In this document: in pieces, positions 1 through 9,940 of the stretch
Layout: the number at the start of each line of letters is the position of its first letter
Numbering within the stretch: the first letter of the stretch is position 1
Source: a virus
Virus record (IMG/VR): IMGVR_UViG_3300010373_000002
Span: 49,402 to 113,401 of that record
DNA: 64,000 nucleotides
Reading direction: 5' to 3' (one strand)
Translations under genes and position numbers: made by a program
The notes under the pieces: model-generated
Told to the model about the DNA's origin: nothing
Database searches by the model: none
What the model saw: only the letters and a program-made list of their open reading frames with translations

Positions 1-1
1 C

Positions 2-682
2 CAGATCGAACTCAAGCCGAACATCTTGAGCGGTTACACGGTCGCCTCGAAGAATTTGGTCGAAGATTCGCCGGAGACGGTGGGCGCGATCTTGAGCGAG
101 TTGATCTCTCAGACCGCCGCGTTCTACATCGACTACGCGATCCTCTTCGGCTCGGGCGCGAACCAGCCGCTCGGCGTCTTCAACGCTCCGGCGACGATCA
201 GCGTCAACCGGGCGGGGACGGCCAACGGCAACTACAACACCGACTTGACCGCGATGAACGCCAAGATGCTCCGCTCCAAGGGCAAGTCTTCGCCGTTCTG
301 GATCACGTCTCCCTCGGTCGAACAACTCATCTTGGAGATGACCGACTCGACCGGCCGCTTGATCTTCCTGCCCAACTTCCCGAACCCGACCGGCGGCCAG
401 GTTCAGTCGAACTACGGCGATCGGCTCTACAAGTACCCGTACATCGTCTCGCAACTCGCCGCTTCGGCCGCGACCGCAGGCGACTTGTTCCTCTTGGACT
501 TGGACAAATACTTCCTCGGTATGCGCAAGCAGCTTGAGGTTCAAGTGTCCGATCAGGTCAACTTCCTGAGCTACCAACTCGTGTGGCGGTTCATCCTCCG
601 TTGCGACGGCAAGCCGTGGCTCAACACCAGCTTAACCTTGCAGAACGGCGACGTCGTTTCCCCGTTCGTCTACCGCAATTGA
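2..682 (+). CDS. Major capsid protein, HK97 fold (5' truncated by window edge)
   Basis: Frame is open from base 2 (QIELKPNIL...). Has the motifs ILFGSGANQPLGV, DSTGRLIF and FL.YQLVWRFILRCDGKPW..SPFV typical of HK97-type capsid C-termini. Confidence 0.9.
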   Translation, partial: QIELKPNILSGYTVASKNLVEDSPETVGAILSELISQTAAFYIDYAILFGSGANQPLGVFNAPATISVNRAGTANGNYNTDLTAMNAKMLRSKGKSSPFWITSPSVEQLILEMTDSTGRLIFLPNFPNPTGGQVQSNYGDRLYKYPYIVSQLAASAATAGDLFLLDLDKYFLGMRKQLEVQVSDQVNFLSYQLVWRFILRCDGKPWLNTSLTLQNGDVVSPFVYRN

Positions 683-756
683 TCCGCACTTCAAACCCCG
701 TTCCATTCGGCTCGGGGTCTCTATTCATATATTCATTTTTGGGAGATGATTAAGCA

Positions 757-1227
757 ATGCCCGCCACTCTGCAACTGCGGATCACCGATCGGATGGCTTG
801 CGTCGGCAATGTCCTGGCGCAAAGCGTCACCACGATCCAATCGACCGACGCGATCAACTTGGGCCTCTGGAACCGGGTTCTGTTCGTCGTCAGCGTCGGA
901 GCCATCGGGGCCAGCGCCACGGTGACGTTCACGGTCACTTCGTCCACGACTTCCGGCGGCAGCTATACGGCGCTGACCGGCGTCAATATCGGCAACGATA
1001 CGACCGGCACGCACGTCTGGCTGGTCGAAGTCGATACCCAAGCCGTCTACAACGCGCTTAACCTCGCCAACGGCACGGATATCTTCATTAAAGGCAACGT
1101 CACCAGCACGACCGCCGCGACTCCTTGCGCCGTCGTCGCCCTGGCCGAAGGCGGACATTACTTGCCGCCGGTCTCCAGCACCTACGGCTCGCACGTCCAA
1201 ACGCCCGTCGTGGTCTTGGGCGGTTAA
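757..1227 (+). CDS. Putative capsid decoration/cement protein
   Basis: 156 aa, Thr/Val/Gly-rich beta protein directly after the capsid gene, with a GGGAG RBS. Confidence 0.55.
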   Translation: MPATLQLRITDRMACVGNVLAQSVTTIQSTDAINLGLWNRVLFVVSVGAIGASATVTFTVTSSTTSGGSYTALTGVNIGNDTTGTHVWLVEVDTQAVYNALNLANGTDIFIKGNVTSTTAATPCAVVALAEGGHYLPPVSSTYGSHVQTPVVVLGG

Positions 1228-1238
1228 TATTGCTTCAG

Positions 1239-1278
1239 CCGCCGCCCGGCCCATTTCGCAAGCCGGGCGGCGGTTTTC
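1239..1278 (+). terminator. Rho-independent terminator after the capsid genes
   Basis: Perfect 12-bp stem CCGCCGCCCGGC/GCCGGGCGGCGG with an 11-nt loop, followed by TTTTC. Confidence 0.8.
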
Positions 1279-1301
1279 TCAACGACGCAAAGGAGTCCGT
1301 C

Positions 1302-1442
1302 ATGTCTTGGCTCTCAAGCGTCGTCGGTAACGGAACCGGAGTGTCGGTCTCCTTGGCCGCGCTTTCGTTAGTCCTTATTACATCATTATTTAATACTGCT
1401 TGTTTGTCTATCGTCTTATTAAAGGCGATCGGCAAAAAATGA
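1302..1442 (+). CDS. Small single-TM protein (46 aa), possibly holin-like
   Basis: AGGAG RBS; MSWLSS...hydrophobic stretch...KAIGKK. Confidence 0.55.
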   Translation: MSWLSSVVGNGTGVSVSLAALSLVLITSLFNTACLSIVLLKAIGKK

Positions 1443-1459
1443 AATAAGAAAGAGAAACC

Positions 1460-1768
1460 ATGTCCGCTTTGCTCACGCACACGCTCACTCCCGAAGGTCC
1501 GGTCGGCGACAGCGCCCAAGTCGAACTCGATTACACGGTGGACGGAACCGGGGCCGCTCCCATCGTCAATCCCGTCTCCAGCCCGTTCGAGATCGACCTC
1601 GCTCCCGGCCAAGTCTTCACGGGAACCGCGTCGTTCATCTCGCCGACCGGCGTCAAGAGCGACCCGACCCCGGTCCTCTCTTTTACCGCCGTTGACGACA
1701 TCAAGCCGGCCGCGCCTTCCGATCTGAAAGTGACCGGCAAGGTAAAAAAATTGCAGGCGGCGGTCTGA
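1460..1768 (+). CDS. Hypothetical small beta-sandwich (Fn3/Ig-like) protein
   Basis: 102 aa, beta-rich, with a PAAPSDL Fn3-like boundary. Confidence 0.55.
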   Translation: MSALLTHTLTPEGPVGDSAQVELDYTVDGTGAAPIVNPVSSPFEIDLAPGQVFTGTASFISPTGVKSDPTPVLSFTAVDDIKPAAPSDLKVTGKVKKLQAAV

Positions 1769-1788
1769 AACTTTGGGTTGCTCTTGCC

Positions 1789-1992
1789 GTGTCCATCGCC
1801 ACGTCTCTTTACGAGGTTTCCCATCCCGGCGAAACCGTAACCACGCCGGACGCACCGCCGACCGCCGCCGCAGTCAAAGCGCTTGAGGACGAATTCGAGG
1901 GCTTGCTTCGCCTCAACGCCCAACTCTCCAAGGCGGCGGAGGCGGCGAAGCAAGAGAAACAACCCGTTAAAGCGACCACCGGACCTTCATAA
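1789..1992 (+). CDS. Hypothetical protein
   Basis: 67-aa co-oriented ORF filling the gap. Confidence 0.4.
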   Translation: MSIATSLYEVSHPGETVTTPDAPPTAAAVKALEDEFEGLLRLNAQLSKAAEAAKQEKQPVKATTGPS

Positions 1993-2014
1993 AACGACTT
2001 ATAAAGGGAATAAG

Positions 2015-2347
2015 ATGTCACTACTCACCGACGCGCCCTCGGTTAATTTTTGCAACAACCAAATCCGGCCGTTTTGCGACGTCTACGGCAAGGCAATCCA
2101 AGCGGCGATGCTCTTGGACGCCCAGTGGAACGCCAAAGGTCTTTCGGTTTCCATCCCCAACGACGCCGCCGTGATCATCGCGGACGGTTCTCAGGCCGGA
2201 GCCTTGCCCCAACCGGACGGGCGCACCTCGATCACCGGGGCCGACGTTCACAACGTCATGCTCGACGCCGAGGCTTTGATCGCGAACGTGCAAGCGAATC
2301 AAGGCTTGATCCAATCGCAAATCGTCAAGCCCGCCGTGAATATCTGA
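2015..2347 (+). CDS. Hypothetical phage protein
   Basis: ATG at 2015 after AAGGGA; MSLLTDAPSVNFCNNQIRP...DGRTSITGADV. Confidence 0.6.
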   Translation: MSLLTDAPSVNFCNNQIRPFCDVYGKAIQAAMLLDAQWNAKGLSVSIPNDAAVIIADGSQAGALPQPDGRTSITGADVHNVMLDAEALIANVQANQGLIQSQIVKPAVNI

Positions 2348-2351
2348 AGTC

Positions 2352-2516
2352 TCAAGTCTCGACCAAATAAGCCGTCAAGAAAAACAGCGAGACGATCGCC
2401 GCCGCCGAGCCGACAAGCAGCGGAGTCGCCCGCTCGAATACCGCGCCCGCCGCTCCCAATAAAAGCAATCCGGCGAAGCAGAAAACCGGAATCAAATCGA
2501 ATGCTTTTGATCTCAT
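2352..2516 (-). CDS. Antisense 54-aa two-TM membrane protein (absent from the ORF track)
   Basis: MRSKAFDLIPVFCFAGLLLLGAAGAVFERATPLLVGSAAAIVSLFFLTAYLVET; AAAGGA RBS upstream; fits in the intergenic gap. Confidence 0.65.
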   Translation of the reverse strand: MRSKAFDLIPVFCFAGLLLLGAAGAVFERATPLLVGSAAAIVSLFFLTAYLVET

Positions 2517-2595
2517 AAAATTATCCTTTTGTGAATCCGCCGAACACGACGACTCTTCTCCATTCTACGCGCGGAAACGGAAATAGGGACACCCC

Positions 2596-4287
2596 ATGGC
2601 CTTTAATGTCAAAGCCGCCGTCGAAGTCAACTCGTCGGGGGCCGATACCAACGGCGGCGGTTTCGACATCGGGGCCACTTTCGCGACCGACTTGGCCGCG
2701 ACCGTCGCCAATACGTCCGCTCCGGTCGTGACCGCCGCCTCTTACACCGGCGGGTTCGTCGCCGGAGACGTGGGAGCCTTTCTTTATATCGCCTCGGGAA
2801 CCAATTGGATTCCGGGATTTTATCAGATCGCCTCCGTCGCGGGCGGAGCGGCAACCCTTTCGGCCGCTTGCGCCACCGTGGCATCGCCGACCGCCGGAAC
2901 TTGGGGTCTCGATTACTCGCGATCCACGTCGCCGCGCATCTCCTACGTCGATATGGCGATCGACCCGACCACTAACACCCAATTCACTTCCTCCACTAAC
3001 GCCGTCCTGCCGAATATCGTCGGCAACTATATCAAGGTCGCCTCGGGAACCGGATTCACGGTCCAAGTCGTCGAAGTCGTCTCCGTTTCCGGCGGAAAAG
3101 CGACATGCGACAAATCGCTGGGAACCCTCTCATCGACCGGAGGACACGGCGCTCTCGGCGGGGCCTTGGCGACGATCAACGCCGGGTTTGCTCTCATCAT
3201 CGGCTCGAACCACCTTTGGATCAAGAGCGGCAACTATACGACGGCGACCACGATCTCCACGTCCGTCTCCGGCAACGATACGCTCACGACCGGGCCGACG
3301 ATGATCTCCGGCTACAAAACGGTGCGCGGCGATATCGGTTATGGGCCGCTCGGCCTGAACGCTTCGAGCAGGCCCGTCGTGACGGCCACCGCCAGTTCGT
3401 TAAACGTGATCCAGACCAGCGGTCAATTCACGATCATCGAAAATCTTGTCGTCGATTCGGTCGGCGTCACGTTCTCGGCGAACACTTGCATTACCGCCAC
3501 AGGCGCTTACACGAAAGTAAGAAACTGCCTGTTGAAAAACGGATCGAACGCAGGCGTTGCGCTCGGAGGCCAATTCCAGGCGCTTGAATACAGCGAAATC
3601 CTCGGCATGGTCGGCTCGAATCCCGCGATCAACGTCACCCAAGTCAGCACCATTGTTTACGGCTGTTCGGTCCACGACAACGCGGGCGACGGCTTCCACT
3701 CGACGAACACCGGCGACATCATTCTCAACTCCCTGTTCGCCAACAACGCGGGCGTGGGCATCAACCTGGGGACGTTCGGCGTCGGCCACTTCATCATCGG
3801 CAACACGATCGTCGGCAGCGGCTCGCACGGCATCGGCAACCCCTCGCTCGTGTTCGGCCAGTTGGTGATCCGCGACAACATCATCGCCGACAACGGCGGC
3901 TGGGGCATCTTGGCCGTATCCTCGGGAAGCGTTCCCGACGATCCCATGTGGGACGGCAACCTCTACTACAACAACACGTCGGGCGCGATCGGCAACCTTG
4001 TCTCCGGCGCTCTCAACGCGGTCCCTTACACTCATGTCTACGACGTCAATCCGGCCTCGGCCGATCCGGTCACGTCGCACACCTCGGGCACGGCCAATTT
4101 CCCCACCGATAACTTCGGCCCGGTCACGACAGCGGGACCCAAGGCGGCGACATGGCTCTCCGCGTTCCCCGGCAACACGGCCACGGCCAACTATCGCGAC
4201 ATGGGAGCCGTCCAGCATCAAGACGCGGGAAGCGGCGGTTCGCCGGGCAGACCGTTCTTCGTGCGGGGCAGCGTCATGCCGACCTAA
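2596..4287 (+). CDS. Right-handed beta-helix (pectin-lyase-like) spike or depolymerase candidate
   Basis: Repeated N-x-I-x-x-N-x-G-x-G-I parallel beta-helix units in the C-terminal half. Confidence 0.7.
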   Translation: MAFNVKAAVEVNSSGADTNGGGFDIGATFATDLAATVANTSAPVVTAASYTGGFVAGDVGAFLYIASGTNWIPGFYQIASVAGGAATLSAACATVASPTAGTWGLDYSRSTSPRISYVDMAIDPTTNTQFTSSTNAVLPNIVGNYIKVASGTGFTVQVVEVVSVSGGKATCDKSLGTLSSTGGHGALGGALATINAGFALIIGSNHLWIKSGNYTTATTISTSVSGNDTLTTGPTMISGYKTVRGDIGYGPLGLNASSRPVVTATASSLNVIQTSGQFTIIENLVVDSVGVTFSANTCITATGAYTKVRNCLLKNGSNAGVALGGQFQALEYSEILGMVGSNPAINVTQVSTIVYGCSVHDNAGDGFHSTNTGDIILNSLFANNAGVGINLGTFGVGHFIIGNTIVGSGSHGIGNPSLVFGQLVIRDNIIADNGGWGILAVSSGSVPDDPMWDGNLYYNNTSGAIGNLVSGALNAVPYTHVYDVNPASADPVTSHTSGTANFPTDNFGPVTTAGPKAATWLSAFPGNTATANYRDMGAVQHQDAGSGGSPGRPFFVRGSVMPT

Positions 4288-4297
4288 AGGAGTTGCC

Positions 4298-4390
4298 GTG
4301 CTCGCCGATTCCATGTGGGTTCTCGGTTCCTGTTACGTCCTCGTTTTGACGCTCGTTCTATTCACGTTCGCGGCGAGAGAGGGAGACTAA
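4298..4390 (+). CDS. 30-aa single-TM micro-protein
   Basis: AAGGAG RBS and GTG start; MLADSMWVLGSCYVLVLTLVLFTFAAREGD. Confidence 0.5.
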   Translation: MLADSMWVLGSCYVLVLTLVLFTFAAREGD

Positions 4391-4391
4391 T

Positions 4392-5282
4392 ATGTTTGTT
4401 CCCGGATGGAATCCCGACTTTCGCGATCAAGCCTTGGAGACGATGAAGACGGAAGGCGTCAAACTCTACCGCTCCGGTTTTCGAGCGACGCCCATCCCCA
4501 AGGCGATGTCTTTGTCATCGAAGATGATAAGATATGCAAACCAATTATCCGCAGGAACGTGCTGGGTCCACGGTCCTATTCAGGCGGTTGAAACGACCGG
4601 CAATCGTTTCGGCTTGGACGTCTTCCCGATCTGTCGGCGATTAGTCGGCTGGATCGGCAAACAGTTGGAAGGCGACGACGGCAATCCATCGGACGGCGGC
4701 AGCGGTTATGACGCCTTTATGGCGATGACTCGTAGGTTCGGCGGCGTCGCTCACGAATCGCTCTGTCCGTACACCGACAACGAAACGATCCTCGGCAAAA
4801 AGCCGCCCAAGAAAGCGTTCGAGGACGCCAAGGATCATTGGCTGGACACGATCGTTCGCGTCGAGAACTTGGACGACGCGAAACAGTGGATCGCACGCGG
4901 TCACGCGGTCGCGATCGGCTCGTGGTGGCCGACCGACTGGCAGGAACCGGACGCGATCAAGCGGTATGTCGGCGACGGCGAGTACGGCCACGAAAGATGC
5001 TTGGTAGGCTATGCCGAGGCGGGCGTGTTCGACCGGCACGAATACTTCGAAGAGATCAACTCTTGGGGCCTCGTTTACGATCCGTTGCCTACCGATCTCG
5101 CCGCCAAGGTTCCCGGCTACAAGTCGTGGACGCCCGATAAATCGGCCGGATTTTGGGTCCAAAGGGAATGCGAGGAAGAGATCACCGAAGGCAAGGGAAA
5201 CGCCGAATTCTCGACGATGACGAATCTGGACAATTTCAAACCTTTGGGCGAGGAAGTCTTCGAAATCATGGGAGCGTACTAA
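4392..5282 (+). CDS. Papain-like C1A cysteine peptidase 1
   Basis: Oxyanion Gln and catalytic Cys in NQLSAGTCW, His in GHERCLVGY, Asn in INSWG. Confidence 0.85.
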   Translation: MFVPGWNPDFRDQALETMKTEGVKLYRSGFRATPIPKAMSLSSKMIRYANQLSAGTCWVHGPIQAVETTGNRFGLDVFPICRRLVGWIGKQLEGDDGNPSDGGSGYDAFMAMTRRFGGVAHESLCPYTDNETILGKKPPKKAFEDAKDHWLDTIVRVENLDDAKQWIARGHAVAIGSWWPTDWQEPDAIKRYVGDGEYGHERCLVGYAEAGVFDRHEYFEEINSWGLVYDPLPTDLAAKVPGYKSWTPDKSAGFWVQRECEEEITEGKGNAEFSTMTNLDNFKPLGEEVFEIMGAY

Positions 5283-5879
5283 GTGAAACTTCTCATTCTC
5301 TTGGCCGCGATCCTCGGACTAGGGGCCGGCCCTAAGACTCCGGTCTCGGGCACGATCCACGTCACTCAAATCTACTCCGACATGGCGACGACGCGGAACT
5401 CGGTGGACCTGCAAATCGACAAGCCGACCCGCCGCTCGCTCGCCGCCGGCCAATGTATCTTTCGCGGTCTGACTATTTCCGACCCCTTGGTGACGAGTCT
5501 CGGCTATCAACCGACGATCCAGAACACTTTGATTCCCTTGGTCGTGTTTCAGGATAACTCGGGAGCTATCCTCGGGGCGATCCACGATCCCACTCCGGCT
5601 CAAGTCGTCGCTTATGTCGCCGGATTGCGGGCGATCACTCCGACGCCGACTCCCAACCCGACACCCACGCCGCCGCCGACTCCCGTTCCTCCTCCCGTGC
5701 CGCCGCCGATTCCGCCTCCGGTCCCGACGCCGACGCCGACGCCTCCGCCTAGTCCCTCGCCTTCTCCGTCGCCTTGCGTGATTTACGTGTACGTGACCGT
5801 GAACGTCAACATGGCCGCCGCTCAAGCTCCGACCTATTATCCTACTCCGACTCTTTATTATGTTCCGTGGTATAGATAA
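5283..5879 (+). CDS. Secreted protein with a small globular domain and a Pro/Thr-rich tail
   Basis: Signal peptide MKLLILLAAILGLGAG; long PT/PP low-complexity linker. Confidence 0.7.
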   Translation: MKLLILLAAILGLGAGPKTPVSGTIHVTQIYSDMATTRNSVDLQIDKPTRRSLAAGQCIFRGLTISDPLVTSLGYQPTIQNTLIPLVVFQDNSGAILGAIHDPTPAQVVAYVAGLRAITPTPTPNPTPTPPPTPVPPPVPPPIPPPVPTPTPTPPPSPSPSPSPCVIYVYVTVNVNMAAAQAPTYYPTPTLYYVPWYR

Positions 5880-5892
5880 CATAGGAAGTATT

Positions 5893-6711
5893 ATGTTTTA
5901 CATATCATCGGATACATCTCAAGTAAAACCGACCCCGAGCATCTACGCCGGCGGCAATTGGCGGTCGCTCTCTCGGAAAGTCTCGAAACATCAGAAACCG
6001 TGCCGCCATTTCGTCGCCGACCCGGCAACCGTTCTTCCCGCGTCGATCGACTTGGACGTGCTTAACGCGCCCATCTTGGATCAAAGCCAATACGGCTCGT
6101 GCGGCGGTTGGTCCACTGCAGGGGCCTTGATGCTCGCCAGGAACCTTGCAGGCCAAGACGCCGAGGAATTGTCGGGTAGTTATATCTACTCGTATACCAA
6201 CGGCGGCGTCGATCAAGGCTCGGCGATTTCGGACGACGTGGACGCGGCGACGACATACGGAACCTGTAGCGATTCGCTTTGCACCGCCGACATGATCTAC
6301 CGCTATCAGATTCCCGCCGGAGCCGACACGCAAGCGAAACGGTTCCGCATCGGCGACTCTTTGGCGCTCACCGACTCCACGCTGTTCCAAGCGGCCCTGG
6401 CGGCGGGGCGACCGATCGTCTGCGGTATCGAGGCCGGGCCTGACTTCTCGAACCTGGATGCAGAAGGCGTGCCGCCGGTCTCTCAAGGTCAAGGAAACCA
6501 CGCGGTCTGCCTGGTCGGCTACTTGACGCTTCCCTCGGGCCGATTCGCCTTCAAGATGCGGAACAGTTGGGGAGCGGATTGGGGCGTGAACGGCTACTGC
6601 TACTGCTTGCCGCAACACTTCTCCTCGGCCGATCAATCCGACTCAAGAGCGATCGTCTCGGCCTTGGACGATCCCCAAGATTCCTCGATACCTCCAGTCG
6701 TGTCCGCCTGA
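5893..6711 (+). CDS. Papain-like C1A cysteine peptidase 2
   Basis: LPASIDL, DQSQYGSCGGWS, NHAVCLVGY, RNSWGADWG..GY. Confidence 0.9.
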   Translation: MFYISSDTSQVKPTPSIYAGGNWRSLSRKVSKHQKPCRHFVADPATVLPASIDLDVLNAPILDQSQYGSCGGWSTAGALMLARNLAGQDAEELSGSYIYSYTNGGVDQGSAISDDVDAATTYGTCSDSLCTADMIYRYQIPAGADTQAKRFRIGDSLALTDSTLFQAALAAGRPIVCGIEAGPDFSNLDAEGVPPVSQGQGNHAVCLVGYLTLPSGRFAFKMRNSWGADWGVNGYCYCLPQHFSSADQSDSRAIVSALDDPQDSSIPPVVSA

Positions 6712-6765
6712 TATTCGCCAATTCGCATCTCTCTGAACTCGCGCAAAGCGAGAGCGAGCGCAACC

Positions 6766-9498
6766 ATGAGCAACGCGATCGGCAATATGTCCGCCGGAGG
6801 CGGCGGCGGTTCGTCCACCGCTTTAAGTTCGGGGCAGAACGTCTACGACGTATCGAAATACGGCGCGCTTCCCGACCCCGGCCACAGCAATTCGCTCAAA
6901 GGGGCAATCGACACGATCAGCGGTCTCGTCGGGTCCGGCGACCCGGTGACGATTTATATACCATCGGGCACTTATACGATTTTCGACTCGATTTGGCTGC
7001 CGTCCAATCTCTGTTCCGTCGTCGGCCAAGACATGCAAACGACGGTGATCAACGGGTTCGGCTTGCCCGCGTTCATCGTCGGTTTCCCCAAAGAGTACGG
7101 CAACCAACCGATCACGGCGGGTCACTGGCCGGCGATGCCCACCGCGCCGGGAGTCACGAACGGCATGGATTCGGCGTGGGCCAACGGCATTATCGGCAAT
7201 CGCAAGGGATTCGCGATGTACGACCCGGCGACGGGTTTAACGAATCCCGATTTGCGGTACTTTTATTTTCAGAACACGCCGATCACCCAAGGTCTCACGA
7301 ACGACTATTGGACCGTTACGAATAAGTTCACTTTAGAACTTGCCGCCCTTCATCGCACCGCTTCGCCGACCGCGAGCGTGCCCGCGATCGGGCCGGGACT
7401 GCCGCCGCTCGGCTACGGCGTCTGCTTGGCGAATTTCACCAGTCCGAGCATGACTCGGCCTTGGTCCGTCTTGGCTCAAGGAATTCAAGGGAACGTCGTC
7501 TCCAGCGCCGCCAACTCGGTCACGATCACGAAAACCTCGTCGGTCTTGGGGATCAACGGCGGCAATATTCCGGTCGGCTCCTTGATCCAAGTGACGACGG
7601 GAACCGGCGCGGGCCAGATCAACCAAATTACCTCGATCACTCCCTCCGGCGGCAATTTGATTTTTGCCGTCCAAAACTCATGGAACGTCAACCCCGGAGC
7701 AGGCGCGACCGTGGTGGTTCTTTGCGGCTTCTCTATCTCGGTCAATATCGCCACGACGCCGCTTTGCGATGGACAAATCCCCGGATACGACCCCTCGCAA
7801 GACGGCACTCAAAGCGGAATCGGCTTGATGTTCCCGACCGGCATGGGTGCTCAACTCTCGGCATTGACGTCGGCGAATTCGATCTGGCGGTTCAAGTTCC
7901 AACTCGATCTCACCGCGTCTTCCTTGGCGAATCTCGCTCAAGGCTGGGTCTCCATCAATGGGTCGGCGTCGGGAAGTTTCGCGCAAATGACGGCGGTCAG
8001 CGGTCCCGCGCTGCCTTTGCCCAATCCGCATTTCGTCGAAGCGTCGTTCGGCTTCGTCAGCGTCGGCGCGCCGATCTTGCAACCGCAACTCCAAATCTTC
8101 CCCGGCTATTCGATGGTCCCGTTCGTCTCTTGGAACGGCGGCGTCACCCCCACGTTTACCGCAGACCAAAAGGCCGCTCTGCCGGGTTGGGACGTCACCT
8201 TGCTCGGTATGTCGCTGGTCGCGGGAAACTCCGGCGGCAACGTCTACACGACCGCCGCGACTCTGGCGCTCAACACGAGCGGACCTCGGCCGACCGGAAC
8301 GATCGGCGACAACTTCTCTTACGGCCCCTCCGGCGTGGCGAACATGCTGGCTTGGCTCCCTTTCTCCGACCCCGGCCTTACCGACTCGTTCGGCGGGCGA
8401 ATGGCGGCGATCACCCCGCTCGGCGGCTCGGGAACTCGGGGCATCGTCTTGCCGATGATCTATTTGGGCGACAACTCGACGCCGATCGGCAATCAGTGCA
8501 GCGTGTCCAATCTTACCGTCAGCGGCAGTTCCAACCCCTCGGTCGGCATGGCGTTCTGGGCCGGTCCTTGCTACGACATGCACTTCGATAACATCTATGT
8601 GAATTCGTTCCAGAACGGCATCTGCCAAGTCCCGTTCAACAACGGCTACATCTTGGACGTCAGCTTCCTCGGGACCAAGAGTTGCGCCGACGCGGGAATG
8701 TTTCTCTTCAATACATACGGTCGGATCAAGAATTACCACACGACCTCGCAACGTACCGGACTCCGCTGCGTCTCGGCGACCTTGGAGGTCGGCACATGGA
8801 TCAACGGCAACGTGGTGGCGGGCCTCCATACGGCGAGAGGCCATACCGGCGAGTATAGTTCCTCTTGCTTATTCATGGAATCGTTCATCAACGACAACGA
8901 GGCGCAGTTCGGCACGCCGGCCGCGTCGATCGCCATCATCGACTACGACAACGGGCCGACCAATTCGGTCACGGCCTTGCGACTGCCGAACCTCAATCTT
9001 TCGAGTCCGAGCGGCATCGCCCCTTATATCAAGCTCCGCAATATCGTCCCCGCCGGTTGCAGTACGCTCCGCTTGACCGGCCCGGCCTGTTCGCCTAAAG
9101 GCGCTCCACTGGTCCAGATGGTCGGCGGCAACACGGGATGGGACGGCGTTATCGAAGACGTCAACTTCAACACCGTCTCGCCCGACTTCGACTACACGCC
9201 CATTCTCGATTGCACCTTCGGACCCCGCACCAGCCGCATCCGGCTCGAAATTTACTTGGACGGCCTACCGATCGCCGGACCTTGGGCGGCGGGAGCGACC
9301 GTAATCAAGATTCGCGCGAGCGCCTTGCTCCCCGGTATGCCGACCTCTTTCGTCTGCGTCCAAGGGGGTCAATACGGCACGAACTCGCCGCCGGTCTGGG
9401 ACGCTCGCGACCCTTACTCGCCCGATGGAACCAACAACGCCATTTGGATGACGACCACAAGAACCAATTATGGTTCATGCACCATTACAGGTTTATAA
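6766..9498 (+). CDS. Large tailspike-like protein (pectate-lyase-3-type N-terminus, beta-helix)
   Basis: YDVSKYGALPD...TIYIPSGTY motif; 910 aa, beta-rich. Confidence 0.7.
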   Translation: MSNAIGNMSAGGGGGSSTALSSGQNVYDVSKYGALPDPGHSNSLKGAIDTISGLVGSGDPVTIYIPSGTYTIFDSIWLPSNLCSVVGQDMQTTVINGFGLPAFIVGFPKEYGNQPITAGHWPAMPTAPGVTNGMDSAWANGIIGNRKGFAMYDPATGLTNPDLRYFYFQNTPITQGLTNDYWTVTNKFTLELAALHRTASPTASVPAIGPGLPPLGYGVCLANFTSPSMTRPWSVLAQGIQGNVVSSAANSVTITKTSSVLGINGGNIPVGSLIQVTTGTGAGQINQITSITPSGGNLIFAVQNSWNVNPGAGATVVVLCGFSISVNIATTPLCDGQIPGYDPSQDGTQSGIGLMFPTGMGAQLSALTSANSIWRFKFQLDLTASSLANLAQGWVSINGSASGSFAQMTAVSGPALPLPNPHFVEASFGFVSVGAPILQPQLQIFPGYSMVPFVSWNGGVTPTFTADQKAALPGWDVTLLGMSLVAGNSGGNVYTTAATLALNTSGPRPTGTIGDNFSYGPSGVANMLAWLPFSDPGLTDSFGGRMAAITPLGGSGTRGIVLPMIYLGDNSTPIGNQCSVSNLTVSGSSNPSVGMAFWAGPCYDMHFDNIYVNSFQNGICQVPFNNGYILDVSFLGTKSCADAGMFLFNTYGRIKNYHTTSQRTGLRCVSATLEVGTWINGNVVAGLHTARGHTGEYSSSCLFMESFINDNEAQFGTPAASIAIIDYDNGPTNSVTALRLPNLNLSSPSGIAPYIKLRNIVPAGCSTLRLTGPACSPKGAPLVQMVGGNTGWDGVIEDVNFNTVSPDFDYTPILDCTFGPRTSRIRLEIYLDGLPIAGPWAAGATVIKIRASALLPGMPTSFVCVQGGQYGTNSPPVWDARDPYSPDGTNNAIWMTTTRTNYGSCTITGL

Positions 9499-9507
9499 GG
9501 ACACATC

Positions 9508-9927
9508 ATGGTTTCCACGGGCTTTCTCACCGATTTGATCGCCAACGATTTGCAGGCGTCGATCTTCCACGGCGCATCTTTTCCGGCGTTCCCGACGAAC
9601 CTCTATCTCGCCCTCTCGCGGGTGAACCCGAACCGGCAAAACGCGATTCCCGCTCCGTTTACCGAACTAACCGGCAGCAATTATTCGCGAACCTTGATCG
9701 CTTGCACTTCGGGAAATTGGACCTTAAACGCGACCGGCCAAGCGTACAACACGCTCCAAATCACGCTTCCCGTGCCGACCGCTCCTTGGCTGACCGTTTT
9801 CGGCTGGGGCCTCTACGACGCTCCGACCGGCGGCACTCTTTGGTGGTGCGGAAATCTGCCCGGATTAGTGTTCACGACGACTTCGGCCCCGATCATCGCC
9901 GCAGGCGCTCTCATCCTCCAAATCTAA
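9508..9927 (+). CDS. Small tail/fibre-associated structural protein
   Basis: LYLALS..ELTGSNYSR..WGLYDAPTGGTLW, a common phage tail-fibre family signature. Confidence 0.7.
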   Translation: MVSTGFLTDLIANDLQASIFHGASFPAFPTNLYLALSRVNPNRQNAIPAPFTELTGSNYSRTLIACTSGNWTLNATGQAYNTLQITLPVPTAPWLTVFGWGLYDAPTGGTLWWCGNLPGLVFTTTSAPIIAAGALILQI

Positions 9928-9940
9928 GAAAGAGGAAACG

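Noticed and set aside
5637-5775. CCG-rich tandem DNA repeat
   Set aside because: It simply encodes the Pro/Thr linker of the secreted protein.
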